Positions 9,107-19,857 of a stretch of 41,199 nucleotides of DNA are shown piece by piece (the first letter of the stretch is position 1; each line of letters opens with the position of its first letter). Under the pieces are notes generated by a model. That model made no database searches, was not told the origin of the DNA, and saw only the letters and a program-made list of their open reading frames with translations. This stretch comes from an uncultured Mycoplasmatota bacterium (GTDB taxonomy: Bacteria > Bacillota_I > Bacilli_A > RF39 > UBA660). The stretch spans positions 1 to 41,199 of the forward strand of contig CAMNAC010000002.1 of NCBI GenBank assembly GCA_946530475.1. The letters run 5' to 3'. The translations under genes were made by a program, and so were the position numbers.

Positions 9107-9925
9107 TTAAGAATAAATTCTTTTCTTTTTAATATAATCTTTTCTTTTTGTAAAACGAGGATGTTCTTGAAATACAATTTCGTTTTCTTCTAATAAATCA
9201 ATCATATCTAAAAGAGATTGGTTTCCCTCATGTTCTGCAATTTTTTCTATAATCGGATAAAAGAAGACCTTGCTGTTCATTAAGAATAATAATTGCGCTA
9301 AAGAATCCTTGTTATCTAAAATTGGTTGTACATTTTCTTGAAAGCTTCCCTTTAATTTTAACAACATTTCATCTTCTAAAACATCGATAAATTGATCGTA
9401 TAAACCACCTGTTATCACTCTTTTACTTCTTTGTTCTAGAAAGTTTTCACATTCTATAAATGCTTGAATAATTGATTCATCATGAATTAAATACGCATAC
9501 GCTTTTAATTTTTTAAAATCCATATAATGCATTTCGAACAAATAACAAACTTTTTCATAACGATCTAACTCATCCATTTCAGAAGCTAATACTTCTGTTT
9601 CATAAAAATCTTCCATTTCATTTTTAATTTCATGAATAATACCAAATTGTACAAGTTCTTTGGGATCACTATAAAATAATAGATTTCTTTGATATAGAAA
9701 TTCCTTTTTGTCCATCGATTGAAATGCAGCCTGTAATCCTTCTTTTCTAAATTGATACTTTTTTAAAAAAGTATACAAAGGCTCAATTCTTTTTTTGAAT
9801 TCTAAATATGTATGCAATTGTTCCTCTAAGGTATCTCCAACAAACACTTTGGAATGATAAGTAGGAAATGGAATATCAAATTGAAAATTAATTTTGTTAT
9901 TTTGAAGAACTGTTTTAAATTGCAC
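9107..9925 (-). CDS. Hypothetical helical protein (272 aa), second gene of a paralogous pair
   Basis: Long ORF overlapping the upstream ORF by 11 nt. Acidic helical body with a basic C-terminal tail. No family recognised. Confidence 0.7.
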   Translation of the reverse strand: MQFKTVLQNNKINFQFDIPFPTYHSKVFVGDTLEEQLHTYLEFKKRIEPLYTFLKKYQFRKEGLQAAFQSMDKKEFLYQRNLLFYSDPKELVQFGIIHEIKNEMEDFYETEVLASEMDELDRYEKVCYLFEMHYMDFKKLKAYAYLIHDESIIQAFIECENFLEQRSKRVITGGLYDQFIDVLEDEMLLKLKGSFQENVQPILDNKDSLAQLLFLMNSKVFFYPIIEKIAEHEGNQSLLDMIDLLEENEIVFQEHPRFTKRKDYIKKKRIYS

Positions 9926-10703
9926 GTTTAATCCTCTTCACTTTCTTACCTTGTGGTCTATAAATTGTTAATGTAATATTTTGGGCATGATTCAAAAAAT
10001 TCTTATAGGAGTCATCATTTGAAACAGAATGTTTCAAAATCAACATTGATAAGTATGGTAAATCTAGATAATCCGAATAAGCTTGAAATTCTCCTCTTTT
10101 TTGAATGGTGTTTCTATTTTGCTCTTGGAATTTTTTGGTTCTTTCCAACATTGCATTTTTTAAAGTAGAAAGTTTTTCTAATTCCTGTGTTTTTTCTTCC
10201 ATAAATAATTGACTCTCTACATATTTGGTTAATTTTAATAACCCTTCTAAATGTTTGTTTTTACTGAAAGTTGCGATCGCATTTAACTGTAAATATTCTA
10301 GTACCGATGCGGAAGAAAGAAGTGCAGAAGCACTTTCTAGACCATCTTTTTCAAAAATTCGATCTATTAATACCGAAACAGATGTAAAATCACTTATTTT
10401 TTTCGCAATAGATTCTGCAGCTGAATAATATTTATGATCATCCATTGACTGCATGAAAAAGAGTCTTAATTTTTGTTCAAATTCTTCTCTTCCTAATAGT
10501 TTTTTTAAATCCGTTAATTTTGATAAATTAAAATCACTTTTCTCTAAATAACTAAAAATAGGTTCTCCTTGTTCTTTTACTTCTGTATAATGCTTAAATC
10601 CTTCTTGAAACTCATATTCTGATTGAGTGGTAAAAGACTCAAGGTTCAAATCTAACACAATTATTCTTTCATTGATTTTGGTTTTTAATTTCATATTTCT
10701 CAC
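9915..10703 (-). CDS. Hypothetical helical protein (262 aa), first gene of a paralogous pair
   Basis: Long ORF with RBS GGGTGA and an extended -10 (TGATATAAT) upstream. Its N-terminal ~55 aa align colinearly with the downstream ORF. Confidence 0.7.
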   Translation of the reverse strand: MRNMKLKTKINERIIVLDLNLESFTTQSEYEFQEGFKHYTEVKEQGEPIFSYLEKSDFNLSKLTDLKKLLGREEFEQKLRLFFMQSMDDHKYYSAAESIAKKISDFTSVSVLIDRIFEKDGLESASALLSSASVLEYLQLNAIATFSKNKHLEGLLKLTKYVESQLFMEEKTQELEKLSTLKNAMLERTKKFQEQNRNTIQKRGEFQAYSDYLDLPYLSMLILKHSVSNDDSYKNFLNHAQNITLTIYRPQGKKVKRIKRAI

Positions 10704-10798
10704 CCGTAAGTTGTATTATATCACATTTTATATAAAATCAATACTTTTTTTGTTCTAAAAGGCTTCTATTTGAATATTCTATAGAAAGGTGAACTTTG

Positions 10799-12100
10799 AT
10801 GAAAAGCAAATTCGTAAAATCAACGATTATTTTATTAATTGGAGGACTCCTTACAAAAATCCTTGGTATGGTTATTAAAATGATTGAAACGAGGTTACTT
10901 GGAGCAGAAGGAATTGGGCTTTTTATGTTAATTTCACCTACTTTTAATCTCCTTTTAACCATCTCTCAATTTGGATTACCAACCTCAATATCTACTTTAG
11001 TCGCAAGAGATCAATATCGCAGTAAACATTTGATTTTGTCTGTTTATCCCTTTATGTTAGGGATTAATGTTTTTCTTTTTCTTTTTTTAGTTTTATCTGG
11101 AAGGTTCTTATCTACTTCTCTACTTCATGATGAAAGGCTTTATCATCCTCTTCTTTGTATTGGATTAGTTTTACCTTTTATTACTTCTTCTAGTCTTATT
11201 AGAGGATACTTTTTTGGAAAAGAAAAAATGGTTCCCCATGTACTTTCTAATATTACAGAAGATCTGATTCGAATCGTTCTTTTCTTATTTGGAATCCCCT
11301 ACTTTTTACAGTTTGGATTAGAATGTACCATTTCTTTTTTAATCCTTTCTAATATCATCAGTGAATCTGTGCAAATGCTCACTCTTTTTTTCTTTTTTCC
11401 GAAAAAATTGATATGGAAAAAAGAAGATTTCATTCCAAAGAAAGATTATTTTCAGGATGTCTTATCCATTAGTATTCCAACAACCGGAAGCAGATTTATT
11501 GGCTCAATCGGATATTTTTTAGAACCCATTTTTTTAACTTCTATTCTTTTAAAATCAGGTTATTCCAATCATTTTATTGTTACAGAATATGGGATTCTAG
11601 AAGGATATGTGCTTCCTCTTTTAATGCTTCCTTCTTTTTTTACAATGGCGATTTCACAAGCTCTTATTCCAGTTATTAGCAAAGCTTTTTCGAAAAAACA
11701 ATTTTCTTTTGCGAAAAATAAATTAAAACAAGCAGTACTATTTTCATTGATGATTGGAATTCCAATTACGTGTTTCTTTTTCTTTTTTCCAAATCTTCCA
11801 TTGAATTTTTTGTATCATACAAATAAAGGAATCTCCTATTTAAAAATCATTTCACCATTTTTTTTATTGTTATATATCCAAACCCCTTTTACAGCGACTC
11901 TTCAAGCTATGGGAAAAGCGAAAATAGCGATGAAAGGAACTTTATTTGGAATGATTCTAAGAACAACCATACTTTGTATCCTATCATTTTTTAAAATTGG
12001 GTTATGGGGACTTGTCATTGCGATGATAACCAACATCTTTTTTGTTACGTTTTATCAAGGATATCACATCAATAAACTTTTCAAAACCAAAAAAATATGA
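10799..12100 (+). CDS. spoVB: Stage V sporulation protein B-like MOP/MurJ-superfamily flippase
   Basis: The N-terminus KSTIILLIGGLLTKILGMV...LGAEGIGLFMLISPTFNLLLTISQFGLPTSISTLVA is close to the SpoVB N-terminus as I recall it. About 12 TM helices. ATG at 10799 has RBS AAAGGTGA. Confidence 0.7.
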   Translation: MKSKFVKSTIILLIGGLLTKILGMVIKMIETRLLGAEGIGLFMLISPTFNLLLTISQFGLPTSISTLVARDQYRSKHLILSVYPFMLGINVFLFLFLVLSGRFLSTSLLHDERLYHPLLCIGLVLPFITSSSLIRGYFFGKEKMVPHVLSNITEDLIRIVLFLFGIPYFLQFGLECTISFLILSNIISESVQMLTLFFFFPKKLIWKKEDFIPKKDYFQDVLSISIPTTGSRFIGSIGYFLEPIFLTSILLKSGYSNHFIVTEYGILEGYVLPLLMLPSFFTMAISQALIPVISKAFSKKQFSFAKNKLKQAVLFSLMIGIPITCFFFFFPNLPLNFLYHTNKGISYLKIISPFFLLLYIQTPFTATLQAMGKAKIAMKGTLFGMILRTTILCILSFFKIGLWGLVIAMITNIFFVTFYQGYHINKLFKTKKI

Positions 12101-12129
12101 TACACTTTTTTTAGAGATGAGGGGATCAT

Positions 12130-12420
12130 ATGGAACTTAAGTCAATAAAATGTCCAAACTGTAACAGTTTAGTAAAATTAGAAAAAAATCAAAGTCACTG
12201 TACTTATTGTGGAGCAGAACTGATCGCTAGTTATGACCATAATGATGTACGAATGAAAGAATTAGAAATGCGAAAAGAACAAATGGAACAAGCAAAGTCC
12301 ATTATTCAACCATTTTTTAAAACATTCTCTTTGTTTAGTATCATTTCCTTTGTGATCATATTTGTTATAGCGATTATTGTCTTTTTCTTTATATTTCGAA
12401 CTATGTTCAATCATTTTTAA
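12130..12420 (+). CDS. Zinc-ribbon domain membrane-anchored protein
   Basis: 96 aa: CPNC...CTYCG zinc ribbon, a charged linker, and a C-terminal TM helix. Confidence 0.6.
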   Translation: MELKSIKCPNCNSLVKLEKNQSHCTYCGAELIASYDHNDVRMKELEMRKEQMEQAKSIIQPFFKTFSLFSIISFVIIFVIAIIVFFFIFRTMFNHF

Positions 12421-12425
12421 GAATC

Positions 12426-12453
12426 TTGCGATTCTTTTTCTTTGTGTTATAAT
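12426..12453 (+). promoter_or_regulatory. Sigma-A promoter for the threonylcarbamoyl-AMP synthase gene
   Basis: TTGCGA-16 nt-TATAAT with an extended TGn (TGTTATAAT). Confidence 0.4.
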
Positions 12454-12463
12454 ATCAACGGTG

Positions 12464-13486
12464 ATGAAAATGACAAAAATTATAAAAGATTTAAAAAAAG
12501 AAGATTATGTAAAAATCGGTGATGCAATTCAAAAAGGAGAACTCGTTATATTCCCTACTGAAACTGTTTATGGAATTGGAGCTGATGCAACCAATGAAAA
12601 AGCAGTCGACTCTATTTTTTTAGCAAAAGGAAGAGCAAATGATAATCCTCTTATTGTACATATTTCGAATTTTGATATGATGAAAGATTTAACAGAAAAA
12701 CCAAATAAGATGGAACAATTATTAATTGATGCGTTTATGCCAGGTCCATTTACTCTTATTTTAAAAAAGAAAAAGAAAATTCCAGACAATGTATCTGCTG
12801 GTCTAGATACGGTAGGAATTCGTATGCCAGACAATGAAATTGCAAGAAATATTATCGAATATGCAAAAACACCGATTGCCGCGCCAAGTGCAAATCTATC
12901 TAGCAGGCCAAGTGGAACAAAAATTGAAGATATCAAAGAAGAATTTGATGGAAAAGTTTCCTATATTGTAGATGGTGGAGAAACCAAAATTGGAATTGAA
13001 TCAACTGTATGTAAAGTAATCGATGGAATTCCCACTATTTTAAGACCTGGTAAGATTACTCCAGAAGACATCAAAGAAGTTGTTGGAATTGTAAAATTAG
13101 ATGAACATATTTATAAAAAAGCAGATGGAAAAGTAGAAAGTCCAGGTATGAAATATAAGCATTATGCTCCTTCTTGTGATACCATCATGATTTATAGCGA
13201 AAATGACACCGTATTTCTAGAAGAAATGAAAAAGCATTTAAAAGAACATACTGTTATCATTGGTTCAAAAGAACATGAATCTTACTTTCCAAATAACACC
13301 TATCTTTCTTATGGTAGTAAAAATCATTTTGATGAAATATCACATAACATTTTTACTCTGTTAAGAAAAGCAGATGGATTAAAACCCGATTTAATCTTAA
13401 TTGAAGGAGTCAAAAAAGAAGGACTTGGAATTGCGATCATGAATCGTTTAATTCGTTCTTGTAGTTATCATTACATTGAAAAATAA
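12464..13486 (+). CDS. tsaC: L-threonylcarbamoyladenylate synthase (Sua5/YwlC type)
   Basis: YrdC domain (FPTETVYGIGADATNEKAVDSIFLAKGRANDNPLIVHIS...PSAN) plus a Sua5 C-terminal domain. The ORF-track N-terminal extension from 12377 is rejected; the start is 12464 or 12470. Confidence 0.9.
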   Translation: MKMTKIIKDLKKEDYVKIGDAIQKGELVIFPTETVYGIGADATNEKAVDSIFLAKGRANDNPLIVHISNFDMMKDLTEKPNKMEQLLIDAFMPGPFTLILKKKKKIPDNVSAGLDTVGIRMPDNEIARNIIEYAKTPIAAPSANLSSRPSGTKIEDIKEEFDGKVSYIVDGGETKIGIESTVCKVIDGIPTILRPGKITPEDIKEVVGIVKLDEHIYKKADGKVESPGMKYKHYAPSCDTIMIYSENDTVFLEEMKKHLKEHTVIIGSKEHESYFPNNTYLSYGSKNHFDEISHNIFTLLRKADGLKPDLILIEGVKKEGLGIAIMNRLIRSCSYHYIEK

Positions 13487-13489
13487 GGA

Positions 13490-13885
13490 TTATTCCTTAT
13501 TTTTTTGTATGACTAAATGTCTTCCTTTTAAAGTTGCTTTTGAAACTTCACTTAAATCATTGATTCCATAATGATTCAAATTCGATAAAAAAGACTGAAT
13601 GGATAAATGAGAAGATCTGAAAACATGAAAATTTAAGATTCCATTTTGAATTAAAATAGAAGGTTCTTTTTTAAAATAAGTAATTCCTTTTTCTAGTAAC
13701 ACTCTTACAAGAAAAAAGCCGATAGATAAAAGGAATGTTGTGTTATTGATGTGAGAAAATATTAAACACTCAAAAAAGAAAAACAGAATATCATATACAT
13801 TCCAATTAAATAATTGTTCTTTTTTTAAAAGAACAAAATAAAAGAAAAATAAAAGATAAGCTATACTATATTTTATTAAAATCAT
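13490..13885 (-). CDS. DUF421 (YrbG/YetF)-like membrane protein, short form
   Basis: 131 aa. N-terminal TM helices, then ILIQNGILNF...LSIQSFLSNLNHYGINDLSEVSKATLKGRHLVI, which resembles the DUF421 core. Its position matches B. subtilis yrbG. Confidence 0.4.
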   Translation of the reverse strand: MILIKYSIAYLLFFFYFVLLKKEQLFNWNVYDILFFFFECLIFSHINNTTFLLSIGFFLVRVLLEKGITYFKKEPSILIQNGILNFHVFRSSHLSIQSFLSNLNHYGINDLSEVSKATLKGRHLVIQKNKE

Positions 13886-13957
13886 AGAATCACCTATTTT
13901 CTTATGTACGATGTTCTACTTTTTTATAACCATCATAAAATGAGTTAGGAGGTATCT

Positions 13958-14335
13958 ATGAATTATTTATCTTGGTTTCAAAAATTTGGAAAAGTATCTT
14001 TTTTTTCTCTTTTGATTTTATTAGTTGGCACTTTTTTATTAACTCTTTTGCATTATTTTGATTGGATTCCCTACTCTTTTGTTTCAATTGGAAAATTGAT
14101 TCTATCCATTCTTTCTTTTTTCCTAGGAGGTTTTTTCATCAGTAAAAACCAAAAACAAAAAGGATATTTAGAAGGAATGAAATATGGAGCCTTATTTTTA
14201 TGCTTGATGATTTTCATTTCCTTCCTTTTCTTTTCTTATTCTTTTTCCATGAATTCATTATTCTATGATCTCATTCTTTTATTAAGTAGTATGGTAGGAG
14301 GCATGTTAGGAATCAATTTCAGCACAAAAAAATAG
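13958..14335 (+). CDS. Small polytopic membrane protein, YrzE/TIGR04086-like
   Basis: 125 aa with four hydrophobic helices. The position next to tgt matches yrzE. The call rests on synteny only. Confidence 0.35.
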   Translation: MNYLSWFQKFGKVSFFSLLILLVGTFLLTLLHYFDWIPYSFVSIGKLILSILSFFLGGFFISKNQKQKGYLEGMKYGALFLCLMIFISFLFFSYSFSMNSLFYDLILLLSSMVGGMLGINFSTKK

Positions 14336-14343
14336 GAACAATC

Positions 14344-15471
<1,128 letters not shown>

Positions 15472-15498
15472 CTAGTACATTATAAAGGAATTCTACAA

Positions 15499-16857
15499 TT
15501 ATTTCAAGTTATAAGATTTATCTTCTTTGTATTTTTTGATAATGGCTTCACTTACTTGTTCTAAATGAAATAAATGGGACCCTTTTACATATATGATACA
15601 ATCTTTCCAATCATTTTCTTCCAAACATTTTTTCATATCTTCAATGGTTTCAAAATAAGTTCCATGATGAAATTTTCTTCCTAATGAATAAAAAACAGGA
15701 CCTGTATACCATACTTCTGTATGCATTAAATAATTTGCTTTTCGGATAACTTTTTTATGATATTTTTTTGAATAGGAACCAAGTTCTAACATATCTCCTA
15801 GAATCAACAGTTTATTTTGTTTTTCGGATTTTAAATACGAATAAGCAGATAAAAAAGATTCATAACTTGCGTTATAACTATCATCAATCAGTAAAATATT
15901 TTGGTTTAGATGAGAAAACTGAAATCTTTGATTTAAAAGTTTAATATTCTTTAATCGTTTAATACAAACATCAATTGGAATTTGTAATTTCGAAGCAATC
16001 AGAATCGCTAATGCGATTAATTCTGGATATTGATATCCTGGATATGGGAAAAACACTTCATATTCTTTTTGATTTACAATCAGAATAAAAGAAGTTCCTT
16101 TTAGATTTATATTAATCTCTTTTATCTGATAATTTCCTTTTTCATTTGTTTTAAAACATGGAATATTTCCTTTGAAACGTTTTAATCGTTTGTCATATCC
16201 ATTTAAAAATAAGAATCCTCCATCCATTCCAGATAATATTTCTAATTTTGCTTTACATATCTCTTTTTTCGAACCTAGATTCCCAATATGAGAAGTTCCT
16301 ATTTTGGTAATGACTCCTATACTTGGTCTTAAAAGATTGGATAGTTTTTGTATTTCTCCTTTATGATTCATCCCAAGTTCTGCAATGACAATATCATAAT
16401 TAGAATCCATTTTTAATAATGTCATAGGAAGTCCAATATGGTTATTTTGATTTCCTTCACTTTTTAATACTCTATAATCAGGTTCTAATAATTGCGCTAA
16501 AATCTCTTTTAAGGTACTTTTCCCTACACTTCCAGTAATACCAATGACTGGAATAGAACCTTTATTTCTTTGAAAAGAAGCAAGATCCCATAAGGCTTTT
16601 AAAGTATCTTCTACTACTAGATAACGTTCTTTTTTCTTTCTTTTTTTCGGTAGCTTTGAAACAATGGATAAAACACAACCTTTCTCATAAGCTGTCTCTA
16701 AAAAAGAATGTCCATCCTGATTCTTTCCTTTTAATGCGATAAAGCAATCGCCTTTCTTAAGAAGTCTTGTATCAATACAAAAGTGATGAATAAAAATATT
16801 CTTTTTCTTTCCATAATAAGTTCCTTTTGTAGTTGAAATTAATTCTTCTAAATTCAT
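15499..16857 (-). CDS. murF: UDP-N-acetylmuramoyl-tripeptide--D-alanyl-D-alanine ligase
   Basis: 452-aa Mur ligase with P-loop GITGSVGKST, DDSYNAS and C-terminal domain motifs. Confidence 0.88.
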   Translation of the reverse strand: MNLEELISTTKGTYYGKKKNIFIHHFCIDTRLLKKGDCFIALKGKNQDGHSFLETAYEKGCVLSIVSKLPKKRKKKERYLVVEDTLKALWDLASFQRNKGSIPVIGITGSVGKSTLKEILAQLLEPDYRVLKSEGNQNNHIGLPMTLLKMDSNYDIVIAELGMNHKGEIQKLSNLLRPSIGVITKIGTSHIGNLGSKKEICKAKLEILSGMDGGFLFLNGYDKRLKRFKGNIPCFKTNEKGNYQIKEININLKGTSFILIVNQKEYEVFFPYPGYQYPELIALAILIASKLQIPIDVCIKRLKNIKLLNQRFQFSHLNQNILLIDDSYNASYESFLSAYSYLKSEKQNKLLILGDMLELGSYSKKYHKKVIRKANYLMHTEVWYTGPVFYSLGRKFHHGTYFETIEDMKKCLEENDWKDCIIYVKGSHLFHLEQVSEAIIKKYKEDKSYNLK

Positions 16858-16893
16858 AACTCACCCCATAGTTCATTATATGAAAAAAAGAAA

Positions 16894-16923
16894 ACAAAAA
16901 ATACCAATAGAATCTATTGATAT
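16894..16923 (-). terminator. Rho-independent terminator after yneF
   Basis: Minus strand ATATCAATAG-ATT-CTATTGGTAT followed by TTTTT. Confidence 0.55.
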
Positions 16924-17132
16924 TTTTGCATTTGTTTCATCATTTGATTTACTTGTTTTTGACTTGGTGTTCTACCCATTTGTGTCATCATTGCTTTAAT
17001 CATTTGTTCATTAATTGGTGGGTTTTCTTTCACATACTTTTGCATATATTTTCTAGCAATAAAGAATCCAGCTACTCCTCCAATTACCACTCCGATTAAT
17101 ATTTGAAATAAATCCATTAAAAATGCTCCCAT
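16914..17132 (-). CDS. yneF: UPF0154 (YneF) family membrane protein
   Basis: 72 aa. [46 protein letters not shown] matches the YneF pattern. Synteny with tkt. Confidence 0.85.
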   Translation of the reverse strand: MGAFLMDLFQILIGVVIGGVAGFFIARKYMQKYVKENPPINEQMIKAMMTQMGRTPSQKQVNQMMKQMQKYQ

Positions 17133-17185
17133 TTTGTCACACCTTTCTACTCAATATATTACTAGAATTTTTAAAAAATAACAAG

Positions 17186-17584
17186 TCATTCAATCTTCTT
17201 TTCTAAAATTTCATTTAACCAGAAATAATCTCCATTTTCAAAATCGCAGACAAATAAATAAGAACTATAATAAGAAAAAACTTGTAATAACTTAGGAAAT
17301 TGTTTTTCACAAATTAAAATCAAACAAGAATAATTAAGTTCTAATAATAATTTAGGCTTTTGAAATGCATAATGCTTTTTTTTTGCCACTTTGAATTTAT
17401 TCATAAAATAATTATAAAGACGTTCTAAATCAAACCCATTACTAATTTGTTGATATAAAATGATGGAATTTTTAAAATCTTGACTATTTTTTAGTTTTAA
17501 AAAAAGAAAAAACAATGCATCCGGTTTCTTTTTATAACTAGAATAAATATTAGGTTTAACTGAAAAGATATAATATTTTCTCAT
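17186..17584 (-). CDS. sirA: SirA (YneE)-like sporulation inhibitor of replication family protein
   Basis: The ATG at 17582-17584 has RBS GGTGA. The N-terminus MRKYYIFSVK and C-terminus LFVCDFENGDYFWLNEILE resemble B. subtilis SirA (MERHYYTYLIK..., FLAMDFNSKRYGWLNPVKE, from memory). It occupies the sirA slot between tkt and yneF. Confidence 0.55.
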   Translation of the reverse strand: MRKYYIFSVKPNIYSSYKKKPDALFFLFLKLKNSQDFKNSIILYQQISNGFDLERLYNYFMNKFKVAKKKHYAFQKPKLLLELNYSCLILICEKQFPKLLQVFSYYSSYLFVCDFENGDYFWLNEILEKKIE

Positions 17585-17611
17585 GAGATTCACCAATTAT
17601 AGTTTAGTTCA

Positions 17612-17643
17612 AAGAAAAAAAGTATTTTGTCAAAAAATACTTT
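17612..17643 (-). terminator. Rho-independent terminator after tkt
   Basis: Minus strand AAGTATTTT-TTGAC-AAAATACTT followed by TTTTT. Confidence 0.6.
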
Positions 17644-19597
17644 ATAAAAACAATTTTGTTAATCTTTCTTCTAAAGAATCGGAATCATATTGAAATTTTT
17701 TCAATATTTGGTCTTTCGAACCGCTGGCTCCAAAATGATCAATTGTAAATAAATAATCACTACTATAAACAAATGATTCCCATCCAAAGGAAGAACCTGC
17801 TTCTATGACAACCGTACGTACTCCTTTTGGAAGAAGGTTTTCTTGATATTCTTTAGGTTGTTCTTTAAACGTTTCCATACAAGGCATACTTACAACTCTT
17901 AAATCTAACTTGTATTTTTGATACATGATATTAGCTAGACGATTCGCAGTAAACACTTCGTCACCTGTCGCAATGATTATTCCTTGTAGGGATTCTTCTT
18001 TTCTTATGATGTAAGCTCCTCTTTCTACTTCAATGGAAGAAGTTCTTTCTAATAAGTCTTGTTCTTGTTTGGATAAGATTAAAGAACAAGGTTTTCTTTC
18101 TTTTAAAATTGCATTCCAACAGCCAATTAACTCTTTTCCATCACATGGGCGATATACCTTCATATTAGGCATACTTCTTAAAGTCGATAATTGTTCTACT
18201 GGTTGATGAGTTGGTCCATCGCTTCCAATAGAAATACTGTCATGAGAAAATAGATAAGTAACTGGTAAATTCATTAAACTACTCATTCTCATTGCAGGTT
18301 TTACATAATCTGAGAATGCTAAAAAGGTAGAACCGGATGGAAGAAAATGAGAAAGCGCTAAACCATTTAAAATAGCTCCCATTGCATGTTCTCTAACGCC
18401 AAACCAGATATTTTTTCCTTTAAAAGATTCTCTTGTGATATCTTCTCCATCTCGGATATAGTTTTTTACAGAAGAAAATAAATCAGCACTTCCGGTAATA
18501 AAGTTTGGTAAAACTTTTGAGATTTCTCTCATTACTTCTCCATTAAATGCTCTTGTAGACGTTTTCTTTTCTGTTTCTAATTGAATTGGTAACTCTAAAA
18601 CATTTGGCATTGGTTGTTCTTTCATCAAATATTCTAAGGATTCTGCTCCCTTTAAATTCACATAATCACGATATCTTTCTGCCCATTCTTGATAAGATTT
18701 TAACATATGTTCCTGTAATTCTTTTTGAAATTCAGCTTGCGCATTTGGTACTAAATAGAAAGGATCAGATGGAAAATTCCATTTTAATTTTAATTCTTCT
18801 TTATCTGTTTTCTCTAAAGGTTTCCCATGTACTTCATTCGTTCCTTCTTTTTGAGAATCCTTCCCAATAATAGTTTTGATTTCAATCAAAGTTGGTTTTT
18901 TAGAAGATTTGGCTTTTTTGATTGCTTGATCAATTTCTTTTACACTGGTTCCATCGGATACAAGTTCTGTATTCCAACCAAGAGCTTCAAAACGGCCTCT
19001 CACATTTTCATGAAATACAAATTCTGTTTTTCCATCCAAGCTGATTTGATTGGAATCATATAATACGATTAGATGATTTAATTCTAACGTTCCAGCTAAA
19101 GATGCAGCCTCATAACTAATTCCTTCCATCAAGTCTCCATCTCCGCAAAGAACATAGGTATAATATTGAAATAAAGGTTCTTTCTTACTTGTTTGAAACC
19201 TACTTCCTAATATTTTTTCTGCTAAAGCAAAACCGACAGAAGATGCGATTCCTTGTCCTAAAGGTCCTGTTGACATCTCAACTCCTGGAGTAACGCCATA
19301 TTCAGGATGACCTGGAGTAATCGAATCGATTTGACGAAATTTTTTTAAGTCCTCTAAAGACAAATATCCTGCCATAAAAAGAGTACTATATAAAAGTGCA
19401 GAACCATGTCCTGCTGACATAATAAAACGGTCTCTATTTAACCAATTTTTATCATTTACATTGATATTTAAATGCTTTGTAAATAATGTATAAAGAATGG
19501 GTGCAGCACCTAAAACAATACCTGGGTGTCCACTACCAGCTTGATCGATCATATCAATTCCAAGGGATTTTATGTTATTAATTATTTTCTCTTCCAT
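17642..19597 (-). CDS. tkt: Transketolase
   Basis: 651 aa with GHPG, the TPP motif GDGDLMEG, and EHAMGAILNG. Confidence 0.95.
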   Translation of the reverse strand: MEEKIINNIKSLGIDMIDQAGSGHPGIVLGAAPILYTLFTKHLNINVNDKNWLNRDRFIMSAGHGSALLYSTLFMAGYLSLEDLKKFRQIDSITPGHPEYGVTPGVEMSTGPLGQGIASSVGFALAEKILGSRFQTSKKEPLFQYYTYVLCGDGDLMEGISYEAASLAGTLELNHLIVLYDSNQISLDGKTEFVFHENVRGRFEALGWNTELVSDGTSVKEIDQAIKKAKSSKKPTLIEIKTIIGKDSQKEGTNEVHGKPLEKTDKEELKLKWNFPSDPFYLVPNAQAEFQKELQEHMLKSYQEWAERYRDYVNLKGAESLEYLMKEQPMPNVLELPIQLETEKKTSTRAFNGEVMREISKVLPNFITGSADLFSSVKNYIRDGEDITRESFKGKNIWFGVREHAMGAILNGLALSHFLPSGSTFLAFSDYVKPAMRMSSLMNLPVTYLFSHDSISIGSDGPTHQPVEQLSTLRSMPNMKVYRPCDGKELIGCWNAILKERKPCSLILSKQEQDLLERTSSIEVERGAYIIRKEESLQGIIIATGDEVFTANRLANIMYQKYKLDLRVVSMPCMETFKEQPKEYQENLLPKGVRTVVIEAGSSFGWESFVYSSDYLFTIDHFGASGSKDQILKKFQYDSDSLEERLTKLFL

Positions 19598-19649
19598 ATG
19601 CCACCTCTATTATTATAATTATACCATTGAATAAAAGAAAAAGAAACGA

Positions 19650-19796
19650 TTATTTATAAAACGTTTCTACAATTTTTGCTTCACTCTCCCTTGGTAAAGT
19701 GTCTAATTTTTTTGTATATATTCCTCCATAATAACAAAACCCGATTACAAATAAAGCAAATAACACCATCACTTTGCTTTCTAAAATTTCTTTCAT
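19650..19796 (-). CDS. 48-aa single-pass membrane peptide, LexA-box controlled (candidate SOS cell-division inhibitor)
   Basis: Not in the ORF track because it is under 60 aa. RBS GGGTGA, then ATG. Product: MKEILESKVMVLFALFVIGFCYYGGIYTKKLDTLPRESEAKIVETFYK. Divergent from lexA, with a LexA box inside its promoter spacer. Confidence 0.5.
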   Translation of the reverse strand: MKEILESKVMVLFALFVIGFCYYGGIYTKKLDTLPRESEAKIVETFYK

Positions 19797-19819
19797 CCTA
19801 TCACCCTTTCATTAATTCC

Positions 19820-19848
19820 ATTCTAACACGAACAGTTGTTTGCGTCAA
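19820..19848 (-). promoter_or_regulatory. Sigma-A promoter of the 48-aa ORF
   Basis: Minus strand TTGACG-17 nt-TAGAAT with extended TGn. The spacer is a LexA box. Confidence 0.55.
19829..19842. promoter_or_regulatory. LexA (Cheo) box
   Basis: CGAACAGTTGTTTG versus the Firmicute consensus CGAACnnnnGTTCG. Confidence 0.7.
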
Positions 19849-19857
19849 TACTTTTTG

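Noticed and set aside
10738-10962. Minus-strand 74-aa ORF overlapping the spoVB-like start
   Set aside because: It is antisense to a well-supported membrane protein gene, has no RBS and translates to low-complexity sequence.
12377-12463. N-terminal 29-codon extension of the Sua5/YwlC ORF, overlapping the 12130-12420 gene
   Set aside because: The extension is hydrophobic junk that runs through a good TTGCGA-16-TATAAT promoter. The YrdC domain begins right after the internal ATG at 12464 or 12470.
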